DNA of 64,000 nucleotides from Fimbriimonadales bacterium (GCA_045862955.1 BTVI01000007.1:1-64000); one strand, 5' to 3'. Shown: positions 40,119 to 50,342, counted from the first letter of the stretch. Translations and numbers: made by a program. The notes: generated from the letters alone by a model not told the origin.

Positions 40119-41981
40119 CTAGTTGTCGCCCGCCTTGCCGAAGTTCACGAGAACGATGTTCAGGTCAGCCAGGCCAACCGAACCACTGCCGTCGTAGTCA
40201 CCCGCGCCGGTGCCACCGAAGTTGATGAGCACCTGGTTCAGGTCACCCAGATCGATCTGGTTGTTGGCAGTGCCGTCACCGCAGATCAGGTTGACGGTGC
40301 CTACGTTGTTCGGGCCGCTGGCGAGGCTGACGTTGCTCAGCCTCTTCCACAGATAGTTCGGCGCGCCGAACCGCAGGTCGTACGTGCCGGGGCTGACGCC
40401 GAGGTTTACGTTGAAGTTGCCCGACCCGTCGAGGGTCAGAGACTTCGTCTCGATGAGACCGCCGCCACCGGCGCCGTACACCTGCAGGGTGCCGGTCACG
40501 CTGCCGACGTTTACGTGGAACTCGAGGCCAAGCTTGCCGGTGACCGATACCGTAGTCGGGATGAGCTGGGAAACGTGGATCTTGTAGGCGTCGTTCACCC
40601 AGACGACCGACTCGTTCAGGCCGTCCGCGAAGTAGATTGTCCCGTCCGGAGCGATCGCGCAGGCGGCGGTGCTCGCCTTGTACGGAGTCTTGATCGCGGA
40701 GACGGTCCAGGTGTCAGTCTCGGTGTCGTAGATCTGGATCGCGTCCGTCGCCGATCCGGCTCCGCCTCCTGTGCGGCCAGCCAGCAGGATTATGTACTTG
40801 CCATACTTGACGATGGCGCCTTGGTTGGCAGTTACGGGCGGAGGGGTCTTCTTGACCCATGCGCCGGTGGTTAGATCGACCTCCAGCGTCGTATGGAGCC
40901 AAGCGGGCGGGCTTGCGCCGTCCCAACCCCAGAACACGTACAGCTTGTTGCCGACGACTTCGCAGTGCTTCATGAGCGGCATGCCGGCAGTGGCATCGCC
41001 GGGGTTCAGGATGTCCATGTCCGACCAGGTCTCGGTGGAGAGGTCGTAGGTGAACAGCTTGAACCAAGACGGCGTTCCACCGCTCTGCTGGGTGATCCAG
41101 TAGAACTTGTTTCCGCTCTGTACTCCACCCGGCGCCGGAGCATCGATGCCGGGGAAGGCACTCAGATAGTCGCTATCGCCGGCGTCACGCCAGGAGTTGG
41201 TCGCATAGTTGTACACGTCGACGCTGTGCGGAACCCAGTGCGGATAGCCGCCGAAGATGAACAACTCGGCGATGCCGTCCGAGTCGGTATCCCAAGCGGC
41301 ACACATGTTGGTGTACGACTGATAGCCGTGAGACTCGAATGGCGGCATGCTGCCTCTGGCCGGATACTGAATCAGACCGTTGAGGCCAGATACCGTTACC
41401 TTGAAGAACCGGTCGCCTGACCCGCCGAGCCAATACTTGACCACGCCGTCGGCGCCCCGTCGCACGAACTTCACTTCGCCGAGACCGTCGGCGAAGGTAA
41501 CGGACTCGACCTCACCGTAGCAAGCAGCCGAGTCATCCGCTGCGATGACCTTGATCCAGTCACCGGGGAAGACCACGCCTGTCAGGTCGGCCAGGGTGAG
41601 CATCGTGTCCTCGTCGAGCTGGCCGGTGTCGGACGTCGCGACGAGCTGCGACTGAGTGCTCGCGGTCTCCCAAGTGTTGGAAACCGGGTCGTACAGGCTC
41701 ATCTTGGAATGGCGGTTGGAGGTGGCCCAGTTCTTGGCCGTGTCCCGCCAACCGTTCTCGGTATAGTCGGTCCCCGAGCGTCCGCCCAGGATGTTGAATT
41801 TGCCGTTAGCGAAAATGTTGAAGGTGCGGTAGACGTTTAGCACCTGCGAATTGGTGGGTGTGAAGATGCTGTCCCCATAGGGCCAAACGGACGGATCATT
41901 CGGGATCGCCGTCCACTGGGCGGCTGCGAGGCCCACCAGACCGAGGGAGAGAACGATGGATGCGATACTGCGTCGTATCAT
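40119..41981 (-). CDS. Secreted Kelch + Ig-like + dockerin-like protein (paralogue 3)
   Basis: Same architecture; SD AAAGGAG. Confidence 0.85.
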   Translation of the reverse strand: MIRRSIASIVLSLGLVGLAAAQWTAIPNDPSVWPYGDSIFTPTNSQVLNVYRTFNIFANGKFNILGGRSGTDYTENGWRDTAKNWATSNRHSKMSLYDPVSNTWETASTQSQLVATSDTGQLDEDTMLTLADLTGVVFPGDWIKVIAADDSAACYGEVESVTFADGLGEVKFVRRGADGVVKYWLGGSGDRFFKVTVSGLNGLIQYPARGSMPPFESHGYQSYTNMCAAWDTDSDGIAELFIFGGYPHWVPHSVDVYNYATNSWRDAGDSDYLSAFPGIDAPAPGGVQSGNKFYWITQQSGGTPSWFKLFTYDLSTETWSDMDILNPGDATAGMPLMKHCEVVGNKLYVFWGWDGASPPAWLHTTLEVDLTTGAWVKKTPPPVTANQGAIVKYGKYIILLAGRTGGGAGSATDAIQIYDTETDTWTVSAIKTPYKASTAACAIAPDGTIYFADGLNESVVWVNDAYKIHVSQLIPTTVSVTGKLGLEFHVNVGSVTGTLQVYGAGGGGLIETKSLTLDGSGNFNVNLGVSPGTYDLRFGAPNYLWKRLSNVSLASGPNNVGTVNLICGDGTANNQIDLGDLNQVLINFGGTGAGDYDGSGSVGLADLNIVLVNFGKAGDN

Positions 41982-42290
41982 CCTCAGATAGGTGCTCCTT
42001 TTCTAGTTTGAAGCCGGAAGGCTGCACATCCATTATACAGCAAGTTTATCGTTTATTCATGCTAAACGTTCGACTTTCTTCCCTAGAAGCTGTCGCAAAA
42101 CAAAAACTAGCAACTTCGAACGCCTCCGCAGACTCGCCCATCGGCTAGCCTTCACTCGATAGACAAAACGATTTTTAGGACCATAGGACCTAGAGTGTTC
42201 ACGGGTTCTTGCATCTGCCGGTGATGCAACCCGCATCGGGAGGCGAGCGGGCCCCCGGTCTAGCAGCGGCGCGCCTAGGCGAGACCCTCT

Positions 42291-44090
42291 CTAGTCGTCA
42301 CCCTGCTTACTAAAGTTGACGAGAACGATGTTCAGATCGGCTAGGCCGACGTGTCCGTCGCCGTCGTAGTCCCCCGTGCCAGACTTCGCGAAGTTGATGA
42401 GCACGATGTTCAGATCGGCGAGGTCCACCTGGTTGTTGCCGCTGCCGTCGCCGTTCCGAAGCGCTACCGTGCCGACCGCGTTATCACCGCGCGACAAGGT
42501 CACGCCATTCAAACGCTTTGCCAAGAAGTTCTGGGCCAGGAAGCGGAGATCGTAGACACCTGGAGAGACGCCTAACGGCGAGACGAACCCTCCCGTAGCA
42601 TCGAGCTCGAGAGTGGCGGTTGCGACGGGCTCCGTTCCTCCCGGCGCAAACACTTGGACGGATGCGGGTACGGCCGAAGGGTCCAGATGGAACTCTAGGT
42701 CCAGAGTGCCCGAGACGCCGCTGGTCAGCAGCGACGCTGCCGGAATGGCGTAGGCGTCGTTTCGCCACATGACGTTGTGGTCTAGCCCTCCAGCGATGTA
42801 CACAATGCCATCCGGCGAGATCCCTGCCGCAATGCCACTTCCGCGAAACGGAAGACGGTATGGGGAGACGAACCACGTGTTGGAAACGGTGTCGTACACC
42901 TGCACCGCATCGACTGCCGTCGAAGCGCCTCCGCCGGAGCGCCCACCGAACAGAATCACGTAGTCGCCGTACCGCACGGATGCCGACTGGTTCGCGGTCA
43001 CGGGCGGGGGTGCCAACGCGGCGAATGTGCCCTGCAGCACATCGTATCGCACGGTCTTCTTGGAGCTAGCGTCCCCCCCGAAGTAGTAGACAGCTCCCTT
43101 GGGACCGAGCTCGGGAAAGCCCTGTCCAGTGCAGAGGAAGTCCAGCGCGAGCCCCGGCACTAGGTCGAGCGTCCACGTATCGGTGACGAGGTCGTACACT
43201 TGCACCTGTCCGCCCTCGTCCCGTCCCATCCAGCAGAACAGGTCGCCTACCTGAGCTCCGGCAGCTCGCTGCTCGTTTACCGAGCCGGGGAGGTTGCCGG
43301 TTGCCCTGGACCAGGACTTGGTGGCGGGGTTGTACACGTCCACGTTGTTGGGTGTCCAATGCGGATAGCCGGAGAAGAGGTAGATCTCCTTCAGGCCGTC
43401 GGCATCCCTGTCGTACGCCGCCACCATCGTGTGGTTGCCCGCCTGATAGCCTTCTCCCGCCCGCGCGACGTCGCCGCCGTTTCCGTTGTTGATAGGCGCA
43501 GGGCCCATGACCGTCACGACGAACACCTTGTCACCGGCTCGCGGGCTCCAAGTGGGGGGTACCACACCTCTCGAGAGAGTCACAGTCGTTGCCGCGCCGT
43601 CGAAAGTGAGGCTGCCTATCCTGCCGACGAACGACTTCACCTCGCCAGGCACGATGCCGTCACCGGATTCGACGCGGACTTGGTCTCCAACGACGAGGTC
43701 GCCTGTGACATCGCCCTGGACGAGGAAGCTGCCTGCATCCAGACGCACCACCTCTCCCGTGTAGGCTAGCTGGGACTGCACCCCGCCACCTTCCCATGTT
43801 CCCGAGACGGGGTCGAACACGCTCAGGTGCGAGTGCCGATTGGAGTTGGGCCACACGGTGAGGCCTTCCTCGTAATCGAAGCCCGAACGGCCGCCGAGCA
43901 CGTAGAACTTGCCGTTGGCAAAGACGGAGAAGGATCGGCTGACGAAGATCTGCTGGCTGTTCGCGGGCTCCGAGATGCTGTCGGCATAGGGCCAGGCGCA
44001 CGGGTCCGGGGGGAGAGCGGTCCACTGGGCAGCAGCCGCAGCGCTGAGCGAGACGATACAGATGCCGGAGGAGAGGATGGGAGCTGTCAT
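42291..44090 (-). CDS. Secreted Kelch + Ig-like + dockerin-like protein (paralogue 4)
   Basis: Same architecture, most divergent tail; SD GAAAGGAG. Confidence 0.85.
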   Translation of the reverse strand: MTAPILSSGICIVSLSAAAAAQWTALPPDPCAWPYADSISEPANSQQIFVSRSFSVFANGKFYVLGGRSGFDYEEGLTVWPNSNRHSHLSVFDPVSGTWEGGGVQSQLAYTGEVVRLDAGSFLVQGDVTGDLVVGDQVRVESGDGIVPGEVKSFVGRIGSLTFDGAATTVTLSRGVVPPTWSPRAGDKVFVVTVMGPAPINNGNGGDVARAGEGYQAGNHTMVAAYDRDADGLKEIYLFSGYPHWTPNNVDVYNPATKSWSRATGNLPGSVNEQRAAGAQVGDLFCWMGRDEGGQVQVYDLVTDTWTLDLVPGLALDFLCTGQGFPELGPKGAVYYFGGDASSKKTVRYDVLQGTFAALAPPPVTANQSASVRYGDYVILFGGRSGGGASTAVDAVQVYDTVSNTWFVSPYRLPFRGSGIAAGISPDGIVYIAGGLDHNVMWRNDAYAIPAASLLTSGVSGTLDLEFHLDPSAVPASVQVFAPGGTEPVATATLELDATGGFVSPLGVSPGVYDLRFLAQNFLAKRLNGVTLSRGDNAVGTVALRNGDGSGNNQVDLADLNIVLINFAKSGTGDYDGDGHVGLADLNIVLVNFSKQGDD

Positions 44091-44178
44091 CGCAAAGCGG
44101 ACTCCTTTCCAAATCGAGGCACCGCCACTCGCGGCGACCCTGTGTATTATAACGTGATCGGACGAGCTCGTGGTCCTC

Positions 44179-46584
44179 TTACGGCGCCCAGGGATCGATG
44201 GCTCCGTAGGGGCGAGCGCCGTCGATCTTGGCCAGAAATGCGTTGCGGTCGGTGATCACCTCGACGCCATACAGCACCCCTTGGGGGTCCACGGTGAGAG
44301 GTGCGCGCCAGGCATCGCCCGAAAGGTGCATCGGCTCGCGCCTCCAGTCGGCCTCCGACCGAAACGGCTTAGACAGCAAGCGCACCGCCACGATGCGCTC
44401 ACCCCGAGCAAGGCCGCCGATTTGGGCGCGCACCTCCAGCGTCTGCTCGGCTCGCGACCTGTCTACGTCGGAGACCCCCACGCTGACACGGATTCCCGCG
44501 CCGTCCCCCGTCGGCCGACTCTGCACCGCCGGTGGTTTGTCGGACACCGGCATGGCAACGAAGTCCTTCTCGTCCTGCTCGAAAAGGCGCACCGACTGAG
44601 ACCACTGATAGGTCTCGGTGCGCATGCGCAGGCGGTCAATAATCGGTCGAAAATGCCTGTCCCCCTCTTCTGCCAGAGCCACCCAGGCAGCCTTCGATTT
44701 CTCTGTTAGCTCTCGCGCTGCCTCGAAGCGCTGCGGGTCGGACGTGGCTTCGGCCAACGCGAACTCGGTAGCCGCACGGAGCCGCGTGGCGTAGTAACGG
44801 GCAAGCAGCACGAGCATCCGCGCATCGGTCTCGAGGTCGTCCAGCGACTTGCTCGCACCGGAGGGAATTGCGCGCTGGGCTCGTTCCGTATCCGATGCCA
44901 TGCGCTCTAGCATGTTTGCTGCCTGCAGGGGAGTGCGGCGGCCCGTGAAGTTACCTGTGGTCAGCTCCCGCGCATACTCGGCACATCCCATCGCGAAGTA
45001 GGTGTCGAAGGGCAGGGCGCGCGCCCACTGCCGAATGGATCCGCCCCATTCCAACTCCGGAGCGTGATCCCTGTGGTCTGGGCCCAGCGAGAACTGTGTC
45101 TCGATGGTGGGGAGGATGCGGCTCATGCTCTGCAGTAGGCGGTATGCCGCGTCCCCATGCTTGGCCCCCCAATGCCGTCTCGCCTCCATGCGGAAAAGCT
45201 GTTCGGGAGTTTCGGGATCGTATCCTAGCCGACCCCACATCAGATACCACAGCGGGTTCCGCTCGTACTCCCAACGGAACATCGGCTCCGGGTGCAGGAA
45301 GTCGTCCATCGGGTAGTAGGTGCAGAACGGTTCGACCGTGAAACCCACCGAGCCTGCTAGGTTCGTCGTCTTCACGCACTCTCGTATGTGCTCGTAGTCC
45401 GCCCACTGGAACACGCGGTTCGTGCCATTCGCGCGAATCTGCCAGATCACCTTGTACTGGCGTGGGTAGAAGAGATAGTCCTGATAGGAGTAGTCGCTCC
45501 ACCGTGCCATGCGCCCGCCTGCTAGGTGCCATGGCGGACCCATCTGCTCTCCGTTGTACTTGATCTCGATCAGGAACTTGTCGGGATACATCGCGCCGAG
45601 CTGTATCAGCTTCTCCTTCTTTGCCCCCCACGTGCGTGTGTAAAGTGGCAGTGGCCTGCCCATCTCCTCGAGCGCAGCTACATAGCTCTTGGCGTAGAAG
45701 TCTTCACCGTAGCCCGATTCGCCGATGCGGAAACCTATCATTCCGAGGTCCGGGCAGCGCTGTACGATCTGTTTCAGCCCTTCTTTGGTATAGGAGATGA
45801 AGTCGTCCGCGGAACGTTCTGGTGCCTGCCGACATCCCGGCCAGTTCCAGCCGCCGGTGTAGTTCATGATGCCGACCCGGATGCCGCGCTGCTTGGCCAT
45901 GGTGCACACCTTGGCCAGCATCTGCACATTCTTCTCCGCCTGCGCCGGCTCCATGCCCACGTCAGGGTACTTCTTGCTCACCACGAAGTAAGGCCACATG
46001 TTAGGAAAGAGCGTGGTCTGCAGGTCGTACATACCGTGCAAGTCCAGTAGGTTGATGCGGGCGCTTGCGAGCAGGTCGAGGTACCCGCGCCAGAAGTCCT
46101 CGTCGGTGAACCACCAGTGCTCCCAATCGCGCCTGCCGTCAGCATCGGCACGAGGGATGGAGAGGAACGGGTTGACAGCGCGGACCTCTATGGCCGGTGT
46201 GTGCCTTTCAGTCTTGTTAGGGAAAGCGCCTTCGACACCATTCATCCGCACTCGCTCCGCCAGATCCAGTAGGGCGTACATGAGCCCAACCTCTCCGCCC
46301 GCCTTGCAGATAACTCCTGCCGAATAGGGCTCGAAGGCATAATCCTCGGAACCCATCTCAGACACGGTCATCGCTGGTAGTGGGTAGCGGCGCGCGACCA
46401 CTGCAATCATCTGCTTGTCGCTAGCGGCCCACACCTGCACGCTCGCCTCTGCGCGACGCTCGGCCAAGGCATCGCGCAGCTCACCGGCAGCAAAGGCTGC
46501 CGGCTCGCAACTCGACGGTATCACTATCTGGATCGGCTCCGCGACGAGAGACGCTGCTAAGCTGAGAGCGCAAACGAAAATCAC
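44179..46584 (-). CDS. Secreted putative glycoside hydrolase (GH20/67/115-like N-domain + barrel)
   Basis: Signal peptide; AFAAGEL, GLMYALLDLAE, GFRIGESG, WGRLGYDP; adjacent sugar catabolism genes. Confidence 0.55.
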   Translation of the reverse strand: MIFVCALSLAASLVAEPIQIVIPSSCEPAAFAAGELRDALAERRAEASVQVWAASDKQMIAVVARRYPLPAMTVSEMGSEDYAFEPYSAGVICKAGGEVGLMYALLDLAERVRMNGVEGAFPNKTERHTPAIEVRAVNPFLSIPRADADGRRDWEHWWFTDEDFWRGYLDLLASARINLLDLHGMYDLQTTLFPNMWPYFVVSKKYPDVGMEPAQAEKNVQMLAKVCTMAKQRGIRVGIMNYTGGWNWPGCRQAPERSADDFISYTKEGLKQIVQRCPDLGMIGFRIGESGYGEDFYAKSYVAALEEMGRPLPLYTRTWGAKKEKLIQLGAMYPDKFLIEIKYNGEQMGPPWHLAGGRMARWSDYSYQDYLFYPRQYKVIWQIRANGTNRVFQWADYEHIRECVKTTNLAGSVGFTVEPFCTYYPMDDFLHPEPMFRWEYERNPLWYLMWGRLGYDPETPEQLFRMEARRHWGAKHGDAAYRLLQSMSRILPTIETQFSLGPDHRDHAPELEWGGSIRQWARALPFDTYFAMGCAEYARELTTGNFTGRRTPLQAANMLERMASDTERAQRAIPSGASKSLDDLETDARMLVLLARYYATRLRAATEFALAEATSDPQRFEAARELTEKSKAAWVALAEEGDRHFRPIIDRLRMRTETYQWSQSVRLFEQDEKDFVAMPVSDKPPAVQSRPTGDGAGIRVSVGVSDVDRSRAEQTLEVRAQIGGLARGERIVAVRLLSKPFRSEADWRREPMHLSGDAWRAPLTVDPQGVLYGVEVITDRNAFLAKIDGARPYGAIDPWAP

Positions 46585-46610
46585 TCAGTACCTCCCATGC
46601 CGGTACGACA

Positions 46611-47567
46611 TCAGCCGGCTAACAACCGCTCGAAAGAACCCGCCCCGAGCTGCTCCTCCAGCAGCTGCACTACCGCCGCGTGTGAGGTAACACCGTGGTG
46701 ACTAAGTCGAGTGGTGCACAGCGCACCTACTGCGTTGGCAAAGGTCAACTTAGCGCGCAGCGGCCACCCGTGGGCTAGGCCATACAAAAAGCCGGCCGCG
46801 AAAGAGTCGCCCGCGCAAGTCGTGTCGACCACGGGCACTCGGAATGCTGCGATGTGAACCGAACCCTGCGTTGTGACCGCCGTCGAGCCTCCTGCTCCCT
46901 GTTTCACTACCACCATCTGCGGACCGTAAGTGAGCAGTGAGCGTCCAATAGCCTGGGCATCCTCCTCGCCGGTCAGCATACGCCCTTCCATCTCGTTCGT
47001 CATCAGCACGTGAACGTACGGGAGGGCAGGTCGCAGGTGCTCGAGCCAGACACCTCGCGCGTCCCAGTCGGTGTCGAGTGTAGTGATGCATCCGGCCTTG
47101 CTAGCACGTCGCAAGACGGATGCGATGTCCAGGTTCACTAGCTTCATCGCGCCACCGATGTGCACGATGCGCACGCCGTCGAACAACGAATCGGGGATCA
47201 CGTCATCGGTTAGCTGTTCGTTGGCTCCCGGGCGGCACAGGAACGACCTCTCGCCGGAGGATTCTATCAGCCCGACTACAGCCGAAGTGAGGTGCTTTTC
47301 TGAACGCCTCACTGCGCTCACGTCCACTCCCACGGCCTGCAGGTCGGAGAGCACGGAGTCGCCTAGACGATCCGTGCCGATGAGTCCGGCCACCCCCACT
47401 GAAGTCCCCAGCTTGGCCAGCACCGACGCACAGTTCGCCGCACAGCCACCGGCAACCAGCGCGAGGTCCTCGACGAGGATAGAGGTTCCCCGAGCGGGCA
47501 TGGTGTCGGTAGGCCGCACCACCACGTCTGCAACCAGCAGGCCCACGCACAGGATGCGCTCGTTCAC
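46611..47567 (-). CDS. PfkB-family carbohydrate kinase
   Basis: GGCAAN, NEMEG, VKQGAGG, DTTCAGDSFAAG; GTGA overlap with aldolase. Confidence 0.9.
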   Translation of the reverse strand: MNERILCVGLLVADVVVRPTDTMPARGTSILVEDLALVAGGCAANCASVLAKLGTSVGVAGLIGTDRLGDSVLSDLQAVGVDVSAVRRSEKHLTSAVVGLIESSGERSFLCRPGANEQLTDDVIPDSLFDGVRIVHIGGAMKLVNLDIASVLRRASKAGCITTLDTDWDARGVWLEHLRPALPYVHVLMTNEMEGRMLTGEEDAQAIGRSLLTYGPQMVVVKQGAGGSTAVTTQGSVHIAAFRVPVVDTTCAGDSFAAGFLYGLAHGWPLRAKLTFANAVGALCTTRLSHHGVTSHAAVVQLLEEQLGAGSFERLLAG

Positions 47568-48382
47568 AGTGCGAACCTCATCGCGGCTTCTCCTGCCGAG
47601 GTGCCCTCGTGCACCACCGCGCAGAGGGCACGGAGGATCTCCTTGCGATTTGGTCTCTGCCACACGTTTCGACCGTAGATCACGCCCATGGCTCCAGCCC
47701 CCAGTCCCGCCTCCGTCATCTCTAGCAGGCCGCTCGGACTGTCTGCACACGGTCCGCCTGCAATCACGACGGGAACGGTGGCCGCGGCGGTCACCTGACG
47801 GAAGCTCTCGGCGGAGCCCGTGTACACGGTCTTGATAGCGTCCGCACCGTGCTCCGCGCCCACGCGAGCAGCCAGTGCAACCTGTTCGGTCAGCTCTGCC
47901 TCGCTCGGCGGCTTGGCGGAAGGCCCGAAGTGCCCCGCGAGCGCTGCGGCAGGGATCATCTCTGCAATCAGCGGCATGCCCCAGCGCTCGCACTGCTCGG
48001 CAGTTTCCCCGAGCTTGCGCAGCAGGTCGTCTTCGTTCTCGACGCCCACGTACACGTTGAGCACGCACGCATCGGCGCCCGCCGCCAGCGCCGCCTCCAC
48101 ACTGGAGAAGCGCTTGAACCGAGTGAGATGCGAGCCCAAGCGCGTTGCCGTGCCATCCAGCCGTGCCACAACCCCCAAGTGCCCGATTACCCCAGCCACC
48201 CTGCGTAGAGTGGCGAGAGTGAGAAGCAACCCGTCTGCTGGGGACTCGGCGGCGTCCCGCACCAGGCCGACCGGGTCCTCCACGCCAGCCATCGGCCCGA
48301 AGAACGAAGGGTGGTCCATGGGGAGGATCACACACCGACCTTTCGGGAACAACCTGCGCATCCTTAGTTGCTTCGCACTCAT
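47564..48382 (-). CDS. Class I aldolase (DhnA/FbaB/LsrF family)
   Basis: PMDH, GMPLIAE, GADAIKT (Schiff-base Lys), AGG, YGRNVWQ. Confidence 0.88.
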   Translation of the reverse strand: MSAKQLRMRRLFPKGRCVILPMDHPSFFGPMAGVEDPVGLVRDAAESPADGLLLTLATLRRVAGVIGHLGVVARLDGTATRLGSHLTRFKRFSSVEAALAAGADACVLNVYVGVENEDDLLRKLGETAEQCERWGMPLIAEMIPAAALAGHFGPSAKPPSEAELTEQVALAARVGAEHGADAIKTVYTGSAESFRQVTAAATVPVVIAGGPCADSPSGLLEMTEAGLGAGAMGVIYGRNVWQRPNRKEILRALCAVVHEGTSAGEAAMRFAL

Positions 48383-48498
48383 GCGGGGCTCGTCTCCTTC
48401 GGCCTGCCTGCCACGGGATTCGACGGCGGGCCTCCGATGCCTGCAGGCTATGCCCGCGCCGGTACAATCGGCCCTACGACACATCCCGCCGAGGTGAC

Positions 48499-49941
48499 AT
48501 GATGGCGACTTCTGCGAACGGCCTGCGACCCACTCCTAGGCTCGGACTGCTGATAACTTCGATAGACGTGTTCGACCCCGAGGCGAAGGACCGATCGGAA
48601 GCTTCCATCCGACGGTACTTCGACGAGCTGGCGGCGAGCGGCAAGGTCGACGCGGGCTCGCTGGTGATCGGGCGGATCGAGCGGCCACACGAAGCCGTTG
48701 CCGCGGCAGCGGAGTTCGCTCGTGCTTGCGTGGACGTGGTCGCCATCGCGAACGTGGCCTTTCCGAACGGGCAAGTGTTCCTAGCACTCGCCACCGATCC
48801 GTATCTGTCGCGCATTCCTCTGGCAGTGATTGCCGACCCGGAGCCCGAGGGCGACGAGTGGGCGACCAACGCTTGGTGCGGGGCGATCATGAATAACTTC
48901 GCTGCGCATCGCCTGGGAAGGGCGATCGCCGCTATCCCCGGGCCGTCGGATGGTCAGGCATTTCGTCAGGAGTTCGAGAGGCTACTGCGGGTGGCCGCTG
49001 CGATCAAGGCTCTGCGGCAGGAGTTCATCGGGCGCTATGGAGACGCACCCGGTGGCTTCCACTCGGCGACGGGCGACCAGCTCGCGTATGCTGCCAAGTT
49101 CGGGACCAGAGTGGACACGGTTGACCTCAGTGCGGTCCGGGAATGCTTCGAGACAGGTAAGACCAGCGGGTACCTGGGAGAGACCTCGTTCACGGACGAC
49201 GAGGTGAAGGCTACCATGCGGGCCGTGCGCGAGGGCAGGGAAGTGAGCGTGGACGACGAGATGCTGGAGAAGGGTTGCCGGATGTACCACGCCCTCCGAT
49301 GCATGGCCGGGGCGAACGGCCACACGTCGCTCGCGCTAAGGTGCTGGCCAGAGGTGTACGAACCGCACATCGGAGTGAGCTTGTGCCTGTCCATCAGCCT
49401 GCTGTTAGGGAACGGCGATGTGCGAGCCGCCGCGTGCGAAGCCGATTGGCCGGCCGCGGTGACGCAATCGCTCGGCACGCTGTTATCCGGCCGACCGGCG
49501 GTGTGCTTAGATTGGGTGAACTACACGGGTGGGTCGGAGATCGTGCAGCTCGGGCACTGCGGCGTCGGGCTAATGGGTCACATGGCGGCCGGTTGCCAGT
49601 GCGAGGCGGTCACCCTCCACCCGGTGCTACGACAGGGTGGCAAGCGTATGGGGCCCGTTCACATCGGCCAGTTCGAGCACGGCCCGAAGACAGGCATCTG
49701 TATGATGCAGGACAGGGATGGGAAGTTCCGCATGTTGGCGTTCGCCGGGGAGAGCGGACCGGATACTGAGAAGGGGATGAAGTACGTGGCAGCAGACGTC
49801 CGTTTTCCGAAGTACCGGGAGCTGAACCAGCTGATCCTGGAGGGTGGATTTCCGCACCACCTCGCTACGGCGTTCGGTGATATACGGGAGGACCTTCGGC
49901 TGCTGTGCAAGTTTCTGGACGTCGAGTACGTCGAACCGTAG
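48499..49941 (+). CDS. L-fucose/L-arabinose isomerase family protein
   Basis: AWCG, RCWPE, ACEAD, GHCG, GFPHH. Confidence 0.8.
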   Translation: MMATSANGLRPTPRLGLLITSIDVFDPEAKDRSEASIRRYFDELAASGKVDAGSLVIGRIERPHEAVAAAAEFARACVDVVAIANVAFPNGQVFLALATDPYLSRIPLAVIADPEPEGDEWATNAWCGAIMNNFAAHRLGRAIAAIPGPSDGQAFRQEFERLLRVAAAIKALRQEFIGRYGDAPGGFHSATGDQLAYAAKFGTRVDTVDLSAVRECFETGKTSGYLGETSFTDDEVKATMRAVREGREVSVDDEMLEKGCRMYHALRCMAGANGHTSLALRCWPEVYEPHIGVSLCLSISLLLGNGDVRAAACEADWPAAVTQSLGTLLSGRPAVCLDWVNYTGGSEIVQLGHCGVGLMGHMAAGCQCEAVTLHPVLRQGGKRMGPVHIGQFEHGPKTGICMMQDRDGKFRMLAFAGESGPDTEKGMKYVAADVRFPKYRELNQLILEGGFPHHLATAFGDIREDLRLLCKFLDVEYVEP

Positions 49942-50079
49942 ACTCTGGGACCGCCTTCTGGCTCACGCAAAGGCTACCAGGCGTCGCGAGAGAGCGTTAT
50001 TCCCCGAAGTTTCTGGATTGCTAGTGGCAAGCGCGAAGTGGCAGCTCGCAGCCTCGGGATGACGGCACTGTGCGATCCC

Positions 50080-50234
50080 GTCGACTCGGTGTCAGGTGCC
50101 GTCATGCCCGTCAACTCGGTGTCAGGTACCGTCATGCTGAGCCCGTCGAAGCATGCCTCCGAAGACCGCGAGCAAGGTATCTCATGTGTTAGCATGCGGC
50201 CACCCATCGCATGCTGCGACGGGCTCAGCATGAC
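50080..50234. repeat. REPIN-like inverted REP pair (50131-50234) preceded by a 30-bp tandem duplication
   Basis: GTCATGCTGAGCCCGTCGAAGCATGC...GCATGCTGCGACGGGCTCAGCATGAC; GTCRACTCGGTGTCAGGTRCCGTCATGC twice. Confidence 0.85.
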
Positions 50235-50342
50235 GGCGAGAACACCATGCGATCTTGCTCGCAAACATCGGGAATTCCCGATGCCTGGTCGAGCATCCAC
50301 TCACTACAGCGGTTCGCCTACAGACGACTCCGCAGGACAGCC

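Noticed and set aside
35994..44090. Diversity-generating retroelement acting on the Kelch genes
   Set aside because: No reverse transcriptase in the window, and differences between the repeated tails do not appear adenine-specific
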